A DNA stretch of 64,000 bases from Bacilli bacterium. GTDB lineage: Bacteria > Bacillota_I > Bacilli_A > RFN20 > CAG-826. Positions 48,490 through 59,926 of this stretch are shown piece after piece. Every line of letters starts with the position of its first letter. Position 1 is the stretch's first letter. The notes below the pieces were generated by a model, which was not told the DNA's origin, searched no databases, and saw nothing but the letters and a program-made list of their open reading frames with translations. The position numbers were made by a program, and so were the translations under genes. The stretch lies in the NCBI GenBank assembly GCA_016296775.1, contig JAEDIE010000001.1:18131-82130 (forward strand), written 5' to 3'.

Positions 48490-51063
48490 ATGAGTAATTT
48501 TATTGAAAAACTATTTGGAATTGATAAGAGAACATTAAAAAAATATGATCGTCAAGCTAGAAAAGTTGAAGCTTTAGCTGAAACGATGAGATCGTTAAGT
48601 GATGAACAATTAAGGGCGAAAACAAACGAATTCAGAGATAGACTTAAAAAAGGTCAAACTTTAGACGATATTAAAATTGAAGCTTTTGCTGTTTGTAGAG
48701 AAGCTGCAAAAAGAGTCTTAGGTTTATATCCTTTCCATTGCCAAATTATTGGTGGTTTAGTTCTTAACGATGGTAACGTTGCAGAAATGCGTACCGGTGA
48801 AGGTAAAACATTAACTGCTACAATGCCAGTTTATTTAAACGGTTTAAGTGGAAAAGGTGTCCATGTCGTTACAGTTAACGAATATCTTGCTCAAAGAGAC
48901 TCAAACGAAATGGGTCAAGTTTATCGCTGGTTAGGATTAACAGTCGGATGTAACTTACATTCTTTAAATACTTTAGAGAAAAAGAAAGTTCATATGTGCG
49001 ATGTTACTTATACAATTAACTCCGAATTAGGTTTCGATTACCTTAGAGATAATATGGCTCCTACTGTTGGACAAAGAGTTTTAAGAGGATTAAATTACTG
49101 TATCGTTGATGAAGCCGATAGTGTTTTAATTGATGAATCAAGAACTCCTCTTATTATTTCTGGTGGTGCTAAAGCAAGTGCTAGCCAATATACTGTTGCT
49201 GATAGATTTGTAAAAATGTTAACTCCATCAACTCCACGTGATGAAGAATATAAAAGAAAACATCCAGATTACATTCCAGATGGTGATTTTGAAATTGATG
49301 TTAAAACAAAGGCTTGTTATTTAACTGATAAAGGTGCAATTAAAGCTGAAAAATTATTTGGCGTTCCAAATCTTTATGCTCCAAATCTTCAAGATTTAGT
49401 TCATAGAATTCACCAAGCTTTAAAAGCTAACTATATTATGACAAGAGACGTTGAATATCTTGTTGATCAAAATTTAGAAATTCAATTAATTGACCAATTT
49501 ACTGGACGTGTTCTTAAAGGAAGAGAGTATAGCGATGGTTTACAACAAGCTATTCAAGCTAAAGAAGGTGTAAAAATTAAAGAAGAAACAGTTACTTTAG
49601 CTACAATTACATACCAAAACTTCTTTAGATTATTTAAGAAAATTGGTGGTATGACTGGTACTGCTAAAACTGAAGAAGAAGAATTCCAAAAGATTTATAA
49701 CATGAGAGTTATTTGTATCCCAACAAATAAACCTGTTATTAGAGATGATGCTACTGATTATATCTTTGCTCATAAAGATGGAAAAATTAAAGCTATGGTT
49801 AAAGAAATTGCGGAAAGACATGCAATTGGTCAACCAATTCTTATTGGTACTCCATCTGTTGAAGCTAGTGAAGAATTAGCAAAATATCTTGATAAAGCTA
49901 ACTTAAAATTTGAAATGTTAAATGCTAAAAACCATGCTAGAGAAGCTGAAATTATTTCTCATGCTGGTGAAAAAGGTAGAATCACACTTGCTACTAACAT
50001 GGCAGGTCGTGGTACCGATATTAAGTTAACTGAAGAAACTAGAAAATTAGGCGGTTTATGTGTTTTCGGTTTAGAAAGACATGAATCAAGACGTATTGAT
50101 AACCAATTAAGAGGACGTTCAGGAAGACAAGGTGATCCTGGTTTTTCAAGATTTTATGTTTCTCTTGATGATGAATTAATGATTAGATTTGCAAACGATA
50201 GATTAAGAAAGGCTTTTGAAAACTATGGTGATGAAGCAATCGAATCCAGAATGTTATCAAATGCTATTACTGGAGCTCAAAAGAGAATTGAAGGTCAAAA
50301 CTTTGACGTTAGAAAGAACCTTCTTGATTACGATGATGTTTTAAGTAAACAAAGACAAATCATGTATGCAAAACGTGATCAAATCTTATTTGCTGATGAT
50401 ATTTCTGACTTATTATTAGAAATTTTTAAAGATTGTGGACAAGCTTTAGCTAAGAGAGCAGTTTTAGAAAATTCAGCTAATAAGTCTGTTAATGGACAAG
50501 AATTAGTTAAATTATGTGTTCCTAAGTTTATTAAAGAAGGAATTATTAAACCAGATTTATATGATGATGCTGATCCAGTAGAAGTTGGAGAAGATTTAAA
50601 AGATATTCTTTTAGATTCATATTTACATAGAAAGAAAGATGCTGATAAAGATGAAATGGAAAGAATTGAAAGACAAATTTCATTACGTGTTATCGATAGA
50701 AACTGGACAAAACAAATCGATGATATGACTAGATTTAGAGAATCAGTCGGTTTAAGAGGATATGGTCAAATCAACCCACTTCAAGATTATGTTAATGAAG
50801 GTTGGGCAATGTTTAGAGAAATGCTTGAAATTATTTCACTTGAAGTTGTACTTAATCTTTTAAATGTACAAATTCAAAAGAAAGAGGAAAATAAACAAGC
50901 ATTTACAATTAATGTAAATCAACCAGTTACTCCTCAAGAAACAAAAGAAGAAAATAAAGAAATGAAAGTCGTATCAAAAGAAGCTGAACTTAATATCACA
51001 AATGTTGATAAAGATGCTAAAGCTGCTCCAGAACATAAATACGACGACATTCATACAAATTAA
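48490..51063 (+). CDS. secA: Preprotein translocase ATPase SecA
   Basis: DEAD motor motifs. 857 aa. Confidence 0.95.
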   Translation: MSNFIEKLFGIDKRTLKKYDRQARKVEALAETMRSLSDEQLRAKTNEFRDRLKKGQTLDDIKIEAFAVCREAAKRVLGLYPFHCQIIGGLVLNDGNVAEMRTGEGKTLTATMPVYLNGLSGKGVHVVTVNEYLAQRDSNEMGQVYRWLGLTVGCNLHSLNTLEKKKVHMCDVTYTINSELGFDYLRDNMAPTVGQRVLRGLNYCIVDEADSVLIDESRTPLIISGGAKASASQYTVADRFVKMLTPSTPRDEEYKRKHPDYIPDGDFEIDVKTKACYLTDKGAIKAEKLFGVPNLYAPNLQDLVHRIHQALKANYIMTRDVEYLVDQNLEIQLIDQFTGRVLKGREYSDGLQQAIQAKEGVKIKEETVTLATITYQNFFRLFKKIGGMTGTAKTEEEEFQKIYNMRVICIPTNKPVIRDDATDYIFAHKDGKIKAMVKEIAERHAIGQPILIGTPSVEASEELAKYLDKANLKFEMLNAKNHAREAEIISHAGEKGRITLATNMAGRGTDIKLTEETRKLGGLCVFGLERHESRRIDNQLRGRSGRQGDPGFSRFYVSLDDELMIRFANDRLRKAFENYGDEAIESRMLSNAITGAQKRIEGQNFDVRKNLLDYDDVLSKQRQIMYAKRDQILFADDISDLLLEIFKDCGQALAKRAVLENSANKSVNGQELVKLCVPKFIKEGIIKPDLYDDADPVEVGEDLKDILLDSYLHRKKDADKDEMERIERQISLRVIDRNWTKQIDDMTRFRESVGLRGYGQINPLQDYVNEGWAMFREMLEIISLEVVLNLLNVQIQKKEENKQAFTINVNQPVTPQETKEENKEMKVVSKEAELNITNVDKDAKAAPEHKYDDIHTN

Positions 51064-51075
51064 GTAGGATTTCAT

Positions 51076-52183
51076 ATGGAATTTTATATTTTAAAGCAAA
51101 AAATTGTTGAGGCATTAAGTAATTTAGAACAACTTAATGATTCACTTTGACATCGAAAAATTAGAGGCTAAATTTAAATCAATAGAAGAAGAAATTTTAT
51201 CTCCTGATTTTTGGAACAATCTTCGTGTTGCTAATAAAAAAATCGAGGAGAAAAATGACTTAGAATATAAAATAAGTACAATTAAAAAATTAAACACTGC
51301 ATTTAATGGATTAGAAGATTTTGCTCTTATCTTAAATGAAAGTGATGAAGAAATGATTGCTTTAGCAGAAAGCGTCTATTTTGAAAATATAAAAGTTTTG
51401 AATGATTTAAGACATCAAGTTCTTTTTAGTCAAGAATATGATGCTTTTTCATGCACCCTTTCTATTCATCCAGGAGCAGGAGGAACTGAAGCTTGTGACT
51501 GGGCTGACATGCTTTTGAGAATGTATGAAAGGTTTTGTGAAAAAAACAAGTTTAAATATAGTGTAATTGATTATGAACCAGGTGATGAAGCTGGTGTAAA
51601 AAGCGTTGTTTTAATGATTGAAGGTAAAAACGCTTATGGTATGTTAAAAGGCGAAAAAGGAGTTCATAGACTAGTTAGGATTTCGCCTTTTGATGCTAAC
51701 GCAAGAAGACATACTTCTTTTGCTAGTGTTAATGTTGTTCCTCTTTTTGATGATTCTATTGATGTTCAAATTGATCCAAAAGACTTACAAATTGATACTT
51801 ATAGAAGCGGTGGAGCTGGTGGTCAAAACGTTAATAAAGTTGAAACAGCAGTAAGAATTACACATATTCCAACAGGTATAGTTGTATCTTGCCAAGTCGA
51901 AAGATTTCAAATAAAGAATAAGGAAATCGCTATGAATATGCTTAAAAGTCAACTCTATGAAATTGAAATGGAGAAAAAAGAGAGCAAGATTAAAAATATT
52001 GTTGGAGAAAAGAAAGATATTGAATGGGGTTCTCAAATTAGAAGTTACGTTTTCTGTCCATATACACTTGTTAAGGATAATAGAACTAACTATGAAGACA
52101 CTCAAGTTGATAAAGTTATGGATGGCGATATAAATGGCTTTATTTATAGCTATTTAGAAATGGAGGCTAAGAAAATTGATTAA
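51076..52183 (+). CDS. prfB: Peptide chain release factor 2, with a programmed +1 ribosomal frameshift at CTT TGA C (51145-51151)
   Basis: Frame 0 reads [24 protein letters not shown] and ends at an in-frame TGA within CTTTGAC. The +1 frame continues as DIEKLEAKF... and carries the SPF and GGQ motifs. Confidence 0.85.
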
Positions 52184-53231
52184 ACTTTTAAAGAAGTTAA
52201 ATCCAAAAAAGAGGCAGGTTTTACATACTATTTTTAAAATTTTTCTTGTTTTATTAGGCACTTTTATCCTTGCTTTTGGGACAGGTGTCTTCCTTGTACC
52301 ATTCAACATAATTACTGGTGGTGTGAGTGGTATTTCTATCTTGCTTGGTAGACTTAATATATTGAGCGTAGATATTTGGTCATATATAATTTGTTGGTCA
52401 TTATTTATCGTGGGATTTTTTGTTCTTGGGTTAAAATTTTCTTTATCAACTTTAATATCTACAATTTTTTATCCAATATTTTTGACTATTCTTTTACGTA
52501 TAGGATTAGGCGAAGCTTGTTTAAGTTTACTTTGTCCAAAAAACGGAATAGTTTATATAAACGGAAATTTAAGTGTTTTACCAACAACTATACAAAGTTT
52601 AGGAACAGGCAATTTGTTAATAATTTCGCTGTTTGGAGGTATTTTTGTTGGTCTAGGTTGCGGAATCACTTTTATTGGTGAAGGATCGACTGGTGGACTT
52701 GACATTTTATGTTTTATATTTAAAAAATTCTTTAATTTTAGTGTTTCAGTAACAAGTTTTATTCTTGATGCTTCAGTTATCTTAATTGGAATTATTGTAG
52801 ATATAGTTAATGGTGGAACTAGCACTACATTCATGGCGAGTTTAATTGGTATAATAGGTGCTTTTTCTTGTGCTATGGCAATTCAATACATCTACAACGG
52901 TTTAGAAAGTAGTTATGTTTGTGATATTATCACCTCTAAACCTGATGAAGTTAATGATTATGTTCAAAAAGAATTAGAGAGAACAACAACTTATTTCAAA
53001 ATTGTTGGAGGTTATTCAAAAGAAGAAAAAACTATGATTAGACTAGTGTTTTCTAAACGAGAATATACTACAATTAAAGATGCTTTAAGTAAAATTGATC
53101 CGGAAGCATTTATTACTTTTACTAAAGCAAAATTAGTAACAGGAGAAGGTTTTGAAAATAACGAAAACAGTAAGGATTTAGCTATAAATTCGTTAATTAA
53201 AAAGGCAAAAAAGAAGAATGAAAAAGTATAA
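52176..53231 (+). CDS. YitT-family membrane protein (DUF161 plus C-terminal DUF2179)
   Basis: Polytopic N-terminal region and a soluble C-terminal domain. 351 aa. Confidence 0.6.
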   Translation: MIKLLKKLNPKKRQVLHTIFKIFLVLLGTFILAFGTGVFLVPFNIITGGVSGISILLGRLNILSVDIWSYIICWSLFIVGFFVLGLKFSLSTLISTIFYPIFLTILLRIGLGEACLSLLCPKNGIVYINGNLSVLPTTIQSLGTGNLLIISLFGGIFVGLGCGITFIGEGSTGGLDILCFIFKKFFNFSVSVTSFILDASVILIGIIVDIVNGGTSTTFMASLIGIIGAFSCAMAIQYIYNGLESSYVCDIITSKPDEVNDYVQKELERTTTYFKIVGGYSKEEKTMIRLVFSKREYTTIKDALSKIDPEAFITFTKAKLVTGEGFENNENSKDLAINSLIKKAKKKNEKV

Positions 53232-55191
53232 GAAGTTTGAATTAGTTTCTAAATTTCATCCTACTGGTGATCAACCAAATGCAATCAAAGAATTAGTTAA
53301 TGGACTTAAGGAAGGTAAAAAAGTCCAAGTTCTTTTGGGTGCAACTGGAACTGGTAAAACTTTTACAATGGCAAATGTTATAAAAGAGATAGAAAAACCT
53401 ACTTTAATTTTGGTTCATAACAAAACATTAGCGGCTCAATTATACGCAGAAATGAAAGAATTATTTCCAAATAATCGTGTAGAATATTTCATTTCAAATT
53501 TCGATTTTTATCAACCAGAAGCCTATATTCCTTCAAGTGATACTTATATTGATAAGACAGCTTTAATGAATGAAGAAATTGAAATGATGAGGGTTTCAGC
53601 GATAAATTCTATCGTTTCCAGAAGAGATACTATCGTTGTTGCTAGTGTTGCTTCTATTTATGGTCTTTCAGATCCTGAAGAATATAAGAAGCTTGTTTTT
53701 GAAGTTAGAGAAAATGAAGAAATTGATAGAAGAACATTCTTTAAAAAACTAATTGATTCACAATATAAACGTAATGATATTGAATTAAAACCTGGAAGAT
53801 TTAGAGTTCATGGAGATTTAATCGATATTATGCCTAGCAACATGAGCGATACTTTTATTCGTTTAGATATGTTTGGAGATACAGTTGAACGAATAATTGT
53901 TGTTGATTACATGACACAAAAAACAATCGATAGATATAAAATTTATAACTTATTCCCTGCATATGATCATGCAGTAACGAGAAATACTATTGATAATGCA
54001 TGTGAACACATTTTAAAAGAATTAGAAGAAAGAGTTAAATACTATGAAGATTTAGGAAAGCCTCTTGAAGCTGAACGTATTGAAATGCGTACAAGACAAG
54101 ATGTTGAAAATCTTAGAGAATTTGGAATTTGTCCAGGAATTGAAAACTATTCTAGATATATGGATGGTAGAAAAGAAGGTGAAAAACCATTCTGTTTGAT
54201 GGATTATTTTGATAGAGATTATCTTTTAATTGTTGATGAAAGTCATGTTACTCTTCCTCAAGTTAGAGGTATGTTTAATGGTGATAGAAGTAGAAAAACA
54301 ACCCTTGTTGAATATGGCTTTAGACTTCCAAGTGCTTTAGACAATAGGCCTTTAAATTTTAATGAATTTGAAAATGAAATTAATCAACTTATTTGTACAA
54401 GTGCTACACCAGGAGACTATGAATTAGAGAAGACAAATAACCAATATGTTGAACAAATTATTCGACCAACAGGTCTTTTAGATCCTCAAATTGAAGTACG
54501 ACCATCAATGGGTCAAATCGATGATTTAGTACATGAAATAAAAGAAAGAATTGAACGTAATGAAAGAGTCATGGTTGTTACATTAACAATTAAAATGAGT
54601 GAGGATTTAACGGCTTATTTGAAAGGAATAGGTATAAAAACAGTTTATTTACATAGTGAATGTAAGACACTTGAAAGAAGCCAAATTATTTACGAGCTTA
54701 GAAAAGGAAAATATGATGTATTAGTTGGTATTAACCTTCTTAGAGAAGGATTGGATATTCCTGAAGTTAGTTTAATTACGATTTTAGATGCAGATAAAGA
54801 AGGTTTCCTAAGAAGTGAAAGAAGCTTAATACAAGTCGTTGGAAGAGCCGCAAGAAACGCAAATGGTAAAGCGATAATGTATGCAGATTCTATTACCGAA
54901 TCAATGCAAAAATGTATCGATGAGACTAATAGAAGAAGAAGTATTCAAGAAAAATATAACGAAGATAACGGAATTGTTCCGATGACAATTGTTAAAGAGA
55001 TAACTCCTCCTCTCTCTGTTAAAGAAGATGACAAGCCTTATGAATATAAGGGTAAATTAACAAAGAAAGAACTTGATAGACAAATAAAGGAAGTCGAAAA
55101 AGAGATGAATGAAGCTGCTAAAGCTTACGACTTTGAAAAGGCTATTAAACTTAGAGATTTGCTCTTTGAATTACGTGCTGAAAGAGAATAA
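53218..55191 (+). CDS. uvrB: Excinuclease ABC subunit B
   Basis: Walker A GATGTGKT. Helicase motifs. C-terminal UVR domain. Confidence 0.95.
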   Translation: MKKYKKFELVSKFHPTGDQPNAIKELVNGLKEGKKVQVLLGATGTGKTFTMANVIKEIEKPTLILVHNKTLAAQLYAEMKELFPNNRVEYFISNFDFYQPEAYIPSSDTYIDKTALMNEEIEMMRVSAINSIVSRRDTIVVASVASIYGLSDPEEYKKLVFEVRENEEIDRRTFFKKLIDSQYKRNDIELKPGRFRVHGDLIDIMPSNMSDTFIRLDMFGDTVERIIVVDYMTQKTIDRYKIYNLFPAYDHAVTRNTIDNACEHILKELEERVKYYEDLGKPLEAERIEMRTRQDVENLREFGICPGIENYSRYMDGRKEGEKPFCLMDYFDRDYLLIVDESHVTLPQVRGMFNGDRSRKTTLVEYGFRLPSALDNRPLNFNEFENEINQLICTSATPGDYELEKTNNQYVEQIIRPTGLLDPQIEVRPSMGQIDDLVHEIKERIERNERVMVVTLTIKMSEDLTAYLKGIGIKTVYLHSECKTLERSQIIYELRKGKYDVLVGINLLREGLDIPEVSLITILDADKEGFLRSERSLIQVVGRAARNANGKAIMYADSITESMQKCIDETNRRRSIQEKYNEDNGIVPMTIVKEITPPLSVKEDDKPYEYKGKLTKKELDRQIKEVEKEMNEAAKAYDFEKAIKLRDLLFELRAERE

Positions 55192-55199
55192 AACCAAAA

Positions 55200-55506
55200 A
55201 TTTTATTCTTTTTTTGTTAAATTTTTTATGAATTTTTTTAAAAAATAATGAAAAAAATGAATTTTTTTAGTATATTTTTTAAAGAAAAGTAACTGATTTT
55301 TCGATTAGATTAGAGCCCTTCTATATATTTATATATAATTGTAAAAAAAGTGTTGATTTATACTTACGAGTATAGTAAACTTTTAATGTTTTACGGTTGC
55401 GTTGATGTGCGAGGTTGCTGATACACCCACAGGCGTTGTCATGATATGTATTCAGGTAATTCGCATTGAGCATTCTGTAAGTGGAAAATTATGAAAGGAG
55501 AAATTC
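55200..55506 (+). promoter_or_regulatory. Promoter and roughly 250-nt leader of the S10 ribosomal-protein operon, containing an unusually GC-rich structured segment at 55385-55480
   Basis: Possible -35 TTGATT with a 17-bp spacer to TAAACT. The imperfect palindrome TATACTtacgAGTATA lies within the promoter. The GC-rich block ggttgcgttgatgtgcgaggttgctgatacacccacaggcgttg sits in an otherwise AT-rich region. Confidence 0.4.
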
Positions 55507-55818
55507 ATGGCAAAAGTTAAAAAGATTAGAATTCGTTTACAATCTTATGACCACAAATTACTCGATATGGCTGTTGGTAAAATTGTAAATGCAATTACTA
55601 AGACAGGTGCAGGTGTAGTCGGACCTATTCCTCTTCCAACGGAGAAACAAGTCTACACAATCTTAAGAGCTGTTCATAAATACAAAGATTCTCGTGAACA
55701 ATTCGAAATTAGAACCCATAAGAGAATCCTTGATATCACAAATCCAAATAGTGAATCAGTTGATGCATTAAGAAAATTAGATTTACCAAGTGGTGTTGAT
55801 ATCGACATTAAGTTATAG
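55507..55818 (+). CDS. rpsJ: 30S ribosomal protein S10
   Basis: Clear homology in the translation. First gene of the S10 operon. Confidence 0.95.
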   Translation: MAKVKKIRIRLQSYDHKLLDMAVGKIVNAITKTGAGVVGPIPLPTEKQVYTILRAVHKYKDSREQFEIRTHKRILDITNPNSESVDALRKLDLPSGVDIDIKL

Positions 55819-55831
55819 GAGGTAAGACACA

Positions 55832-56515
55832 ATGAAACAAATCATCGGTCGTAAAATTGGAATGACTCAAGTTTATGCAGAAGATGGAACAATGTATGCT
55901 GTCACAGTTGTTGAAGTCTTACCAAACGTAGTCACCCAAAAGAAAACACTTGAAAAAGATGGTTATGAAGCTATCCAAATCGGATACGAAGACAAAAAAG
56001 AAAAGAATCTTAACAAGTGTGAAAAAGGTATATTCGCTAAAGCCAACGTTAGTGGTAAAGCTAACTTATTCGAATTAAAAGGCGACGAAATGACAAAATT
56101 CGAAGTTGGACAAGAAATTACATGTGATTTATTTGCTAAAGGTGAACAAATCGATGTTATCGGAACAAGCAAAGGTAGAGGATATGCCGGTACCGTCAAG
56201 AGATGGGGCCACACCATCGGACCTAAAGGACATGGTTCAGGATACCACAGAGGTCAAGGTTCATTTGCTAACAATGGTAGATGCAACAACCGTGTTATTC
56301 CAGGAAAGAAAATGTCAGGTCATATGGGGAATCAATCAGCTACAGTTTTAAATCAAGTAGTTGTTGATTCAAACAAAGAAATGAACTACATCCTTGTAAG
56401 TGGTGGAGTTCCAGGACCTAAAAAAGGTTTAGTAAAAATTAGAAGTGCTATTAAGCCAGTTGCAAATCCATTAAAGGTTGAAACATTGATTAATAGAACT
56501 CCTAAAGCTGAATAG
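55832..56515 (+). CDS. rplC: 50S ribosomal protein L3
   Basis: Translation and operon order. Confidence 0.95.
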   Translation: MKQIIGRKIGMTQVYAEDGTMYAVTVVEVLPNVVTQKKTLEKDGYEAIQIGYEDKKEKNLNKCEKGIFAKANVSGKANLFELKGDEMTKFEVGQEITCDLFAKGEQIDVIGTSKGRGYAGTVKRWGHTIGPKGHGSGYHRGQGSFANNGRCNNRVIPGKKMSGHMGNQSATVLNQVVVDSNKEMNYILVSGGVPGPKKGLVKIRSAIKPVANPLKVETLINRTPKAE

Positions 56516-56530
56516 TAGAAAGGAGCGAAT

Positions 56531-57151
56531 ATGGAAAATATCGAATTAAAAGTCTTATCCCAAACTGGTAAGGAAGTTTCTACTATTACATTAGATAAGG
56601 AAGTCTTTGGTGTTGAAGTTAACGAACAAGTTATGTTCGATGCTGTTATGACTTACTTAGCAAACAGAAGACAAGCTACTGCTAAAACAAAGAAAAGACA
56701 TGAAGTTAGCGGTGGTGGTAAGAAACCATTCAGACAAAAAGGAACTGGTAGAGCAAGAGCAGGAAGCTCAAGATCACCAATCTGGGTCGGTGGTGGAACT
56801 GTCTTTGGACCAGATGGAAACCAAAACTACAAAATTAAACAAAATAAGAAAGAACATAAGTTAGCCTTAAAGAGTGCCTTAACAAAACAAATTGGAAATC
56901 TTATCGTTCTTGATAGTTTAACAGTAGGTGGTAAAACAAAAGAAATCGTTGAAGTTTTAAAAGCTTTAAACGTTGCTAACAATAAAGTTTTATTAGTTAG
57001 TGAAGATGAAAAAGTACTTCAAGGTAGCGCAAACCTTGCTAATGTACTTGTCGTTAATAGAAGTAACATCTCAGTTTATGACTTATTAAACAGTGAATCA
57101 CTTGTTATGGTCGAAGCTGATGTTAAATCATTAGAGGAGGGTCTTAAATAA
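56531..57151 (+). CDS. rplD: 50S ribosomal protein L4
   Basis: Translation and operon order. Confidence 0.95.
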   Translation: MENIELKVLSQTGKEVSTITLDKEVFGVEVNEQVMFDAVMTYLANRRQATAKTKKRHEVSGGGKKPFRQKGTGRARAGSSRSPIWVGGGTVFGPDGNQNYKIKQNKKEHKLALKSALTKQIGNLIVLDSLTVGGKTKEIVEVLKALNVANNKVLLVSEDEKVLQGSANLANVLVVNRSNISVYDLLNSESLVMVEADVKSLEEGLK

Positions 57152-57489
57152 TGGCTAAAAAAGAAGTGGTAGCTGAAGTAGTCGCTACAACAAAACCTAT
57201 CATTCATGATTTTGAAATTATTAAAGAACCAGTAATCACTGAAAAGAGCTCACTTCTTAGTGAACAAGCTAATCAATATACATTCATTGTTGATAAGAAA
57301 GCTGGAAAGACCGAAATTAGAAAAGCTATTGAAAGAATCTATGGTGTTCACGTTGTTGGAATTAGCACCATCAATGCCAAAGAAAAACTTTTATCAAGAG
57401 GTTCTAGATATAAAGGAAAGATTGGCGCATTCAAGAAAGCTATTGTTACATTACGTGAAGGCGAAGTAATCAACTTATTCGCTGAATAA
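57151..57489 (+). CDS. rplW: 50S ribosomal protein L23 (short N-terminal extension)
   Basis: Translation and operon order. Confidence 0.9.
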   Translation: MAKKEVVAEVVATTKPIIHDFEIIKEPVITEKSSLLSEQANQYTFIVDKKAGKTEIRKAIERIYGVHVVGISTINAKEKLLSRGSRYKGKIGAFKKAIVTLREGEVINLFAE

Positions 57490-57517
57490 AATTAAAACTT
57501 ATATATAGGAGAAAGAT

Positions 57518-58351
57518 ATGTCAGTAAAAAGTTATAAACCTTATACTCCTTCTAGAAGAGCAATGATCTCGATGAACTATGAAGAAGTAACCAAAAAGAC
57601 TCCTGAAAAAAGTTTAGTTGTCACACTTAAAAAGAGTGGTGGAAGAAATAACCAAGGTGTTATCACTTGCCGTCACATCGGAGGAGGCAATAAAACAAAA
57701 TACAGAATTATCGATTTCAAAAGAAATAAAGACGGAGTTGTCGGAAAAGTATTCGCTATCGAATATGATCCAAATAGAAATGCAAATATTGCCTTAATCC
57801 ATTATCTTGATGGTGAAAAACGTTATATCATCAAACCTCAAGGATTACATGTCGGTGACACAATTGTCAGTGGAGATGCTTGTGATATCGTCGTAGGTAA
57901 TGCAATGTTACTTAAAAACATTCCTGAAGGTACATTTATACATAACGTCGAATTAACACCAAAGAAAGGTGGACAATTATGTAGAAGTGCTGGATGTAGT
58001 GCTCAAGTCCTTGGTAAAGAAGGCAAATATGTTATCGTCAGACTTCAATCTGGTGAAACAAGAAAAATTCTTGAAACATGTAGAGCTACAATCGGTATCG
58101 TAGGAAATGAAGATTACAACCTTGTCAATGTTGGTAAAGCAGGTAAAACAAGATATAAAGGTGTAAGACCAACAGTTAGAGGTTCCGCTATGAACCCACC
58201 AGATCACCCACACGGCGGTGGTGAAGGTAAGTGTCCAGTTGGTAGAGATGCACCACGTACTCCATGGGGTAAACGTGCATTAGGTGTCAAGACACGTAGA
58301 ATTAAGAAGGCTTCAACTAAATTAATTATTAGAAGAGCCTCAGATAAATAA
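57518..58351 (+). CDS. rplB: 50S ribosomal protein L2
   Basis: Translation and operon order. Confidence 0.95.
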   Translation: MSVKSYKPYTPSRRAMISMNYEEVTKKTPEKSLVVTLKKSGGRNNQGVITCRHIGGGNKTKYRIIDFKRNKDGVVGKVFAIEYDPNRNANIALIHYLDGEKRYIIKPQGLHVGDTIVSGDACDIVVGNAMLLKNIPEGTFIHNVELTPKKGGQLCRSAGCSAQVLGKEGKYVIVRLQSGETRKILETCRATIGIVGNEDYNLVNVGKAGKTRYKGVRPTVRGSAMNPPDHPHGGGEGKCPVGRDAPRTPWGKRALGVKTRRIKKASTKLIIRRASDK

Positions 58352-58371
58352 TCGGGAAAGGAGATAGAAAT

Positions 58372-58674
58372 ATGTCAAGAAGCTTAAAAAAGGGACCATT
58401 TGTTGATGAAAGCTTAATGAAGAAAGTTGAAGCTTTAAATGCTAGCAACAAGAAAGCTGTTATCAAAACATGGTCAAGAAGAAGTACAATCTTTCCTGAA
58501 TTTGTAGAACATACATTCGCTGTATACAATGGTCACACATTCATTACAGTTTATGTAACAGAAGATATGGTTGGTCATAAATTAGGTGAATTTGCTCCAA
58601 CAAGAACTTTCAAAGGTCACTTTGGAAACAATGCTGAAGACAAAGCAGCCGCTATGGCAGCCTTAAAGAGATAG
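58372..58674 (+). CDS. rpsS: 30S ribosomal protein S19
   Basis: Translation and operon order. Confidence 0.95.
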   Translation: MSRSLKKGPFVDESLMKKVEALNASNKKAVIKTWSRRSTIFPEFVEHTFAVYNGHTFITVYVTEDMVGHKLGEFAPTRTFKGHFGNNAEDKAAAMAALKR

Positions 58675-58687
58675 GAGGAATTAGTTA

Positions 58688-59215
58688 ATGGCTACAGAAA
58701 CTAAAAAGAAAACTGCTAAAGTTGAAGAAGCTAGTGCTCCAACAACTGAAGTAGTCAAAAAACCTAGAAAACCAAGAGCTAAGAAAGTTACTCCTGAAAC
58801 AACTGAAGTTAAAGAAGTAAAAGAAGTTAAGAAAGCTAAAAAAGAACCTGTAAAAGAAGAAGTCAAAAAACCAATCGTTACAGAAGCTAGAGCTAAAGCC
58901 TTAACATTAAAGGTTACTCCTAGAAAATGTAGATTAGTTGTTGATCTTGTTAGAGGAAAATCTTGCAGTGAAGCACTTGAAATTTTATTCAATACTCACA
59001 AAGAAGCAGCTCCTATGGTTGCTAAAGTTATTAAATCAGCTGTCGCAAATGCTGTTAATAACTTCAATATGAGAGAAGATAAATTATACGTTGCTTCAAT
59101 CATGGCAAGTGATTCAGTCAAAATGAAAAGATACCTTCCACGTGCTAAAGGTAGCGCCAGTGGAATGGTTAAGAGATTCACAAATCTTTACGTCGTTGTA
59201 AAAGAAAAGAACTAA
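58688..59215 (+). CDS. rplV: 50S ribosomal protein L22 with a roughly 65-aa lysine-rich N-terminal extension
   Basis: The L22 core starts at about ARAKALTLKVTPRKCRLV. It is preceded by the low-complexity K/E/T/V-rich MATETKKKTAKVEE...KKPIVTE. Confidence 0.9.
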   Translation: MATETKKKTAKVEEASAPTTEVVKKPRKPRAKKVTPETTEVKEVKEVKKAKKEPVKEEVKKPIVTEARAKALTLKVTPRKCRLVVDLVRGKSCSEALEILFNTHKEAAPMVAKVIKSAVANAVNNFNMREDKLYVASIMASDSVKMKRYLPRAKGSASGMVKRFTNLYVVVKEKN

Positions 59216-59233
59216 TGGAGGGAAGATAAAGTT

Positions 59234-59923
59234 ATGGGTCAAAAAGTAAATCCAGTAGGAATGAGAATTGGTCTTAATAAAGATTGGAACTCTAGATGGT
59301 TCGCAAGTGATAAAGACTATGCAACTCTTCTTAACAATGATATTCAAATTCGTAAATTCTTAGATAAGAAGTTACCAAAAGATGCTCTCGTTTCACATAT
59401 TGAAATCGAAAGAAAAGAAAGAGATGGACGTCCATATACTCGTGTTATTCTCTTTGTTGGTCGTCCAGGTGTTGTTCTTGGACAAGATGGAGCAAACATC
59501 AAATTATTAAAGAAACAATTACAAAAAGTAGTTGGTAAAAATGTTGAATTAAAATTAGATGTAGCTGAAGTTAAACAACCTCAATTAGATGCTACAATCG
59601 AAGCTACAAAAATTTGTCAACAATTAGAAGCACGTGCTTCCTTTAGAATCGTTCAAAAGAAAGCTCTTGCTGAAATTAGAAAAGCCGGTGCTAAGGGATG
59701 CAAAACAAAAGTAAGCGGAAGACTTGCTGGTGCTGATATCGCTCGTAGCGAAGGTTATAAAGAAGGAACAATGGCTATCAATACTCTTAAGAGTGATATT
59801 GATTATGCCCATGCAGAAGCTATGACCACTTATGGTAAATTAGGCGTTAAAGTCTGGATTTGCCGTGGTGAAAAAGTTGCTGATGAAAAGCCATCAACTC
59901 CTGAATCAAAGAAAGGAGAATAA
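59234..59923 (+). CDS. rpsC: 30S ribosomal protein S3
   Basis: Translation (KH domain). Confidence 0.95.
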   Translation: MGQKVNPVGMRIGLNKDWNSRWFASDKDYATLLNNDIQIRKFLDKKLPKDALVSHIEIERKERDGRPYTRVILFVGRPGVVLGQDGANIKLLKKQLQKVVGKNVELKLDVAEVKQPQLDATIEATKICQQLEARASFRIVQKKALAEIRKAGAKGCKTKVSGRLAGADIARSEGYKEGTMAINTLKSDIDYAHAEAMTTYGKLGVKVWICRGEKVADEKPSTPESKKGE

Positions 59924-59926
59924 ACT

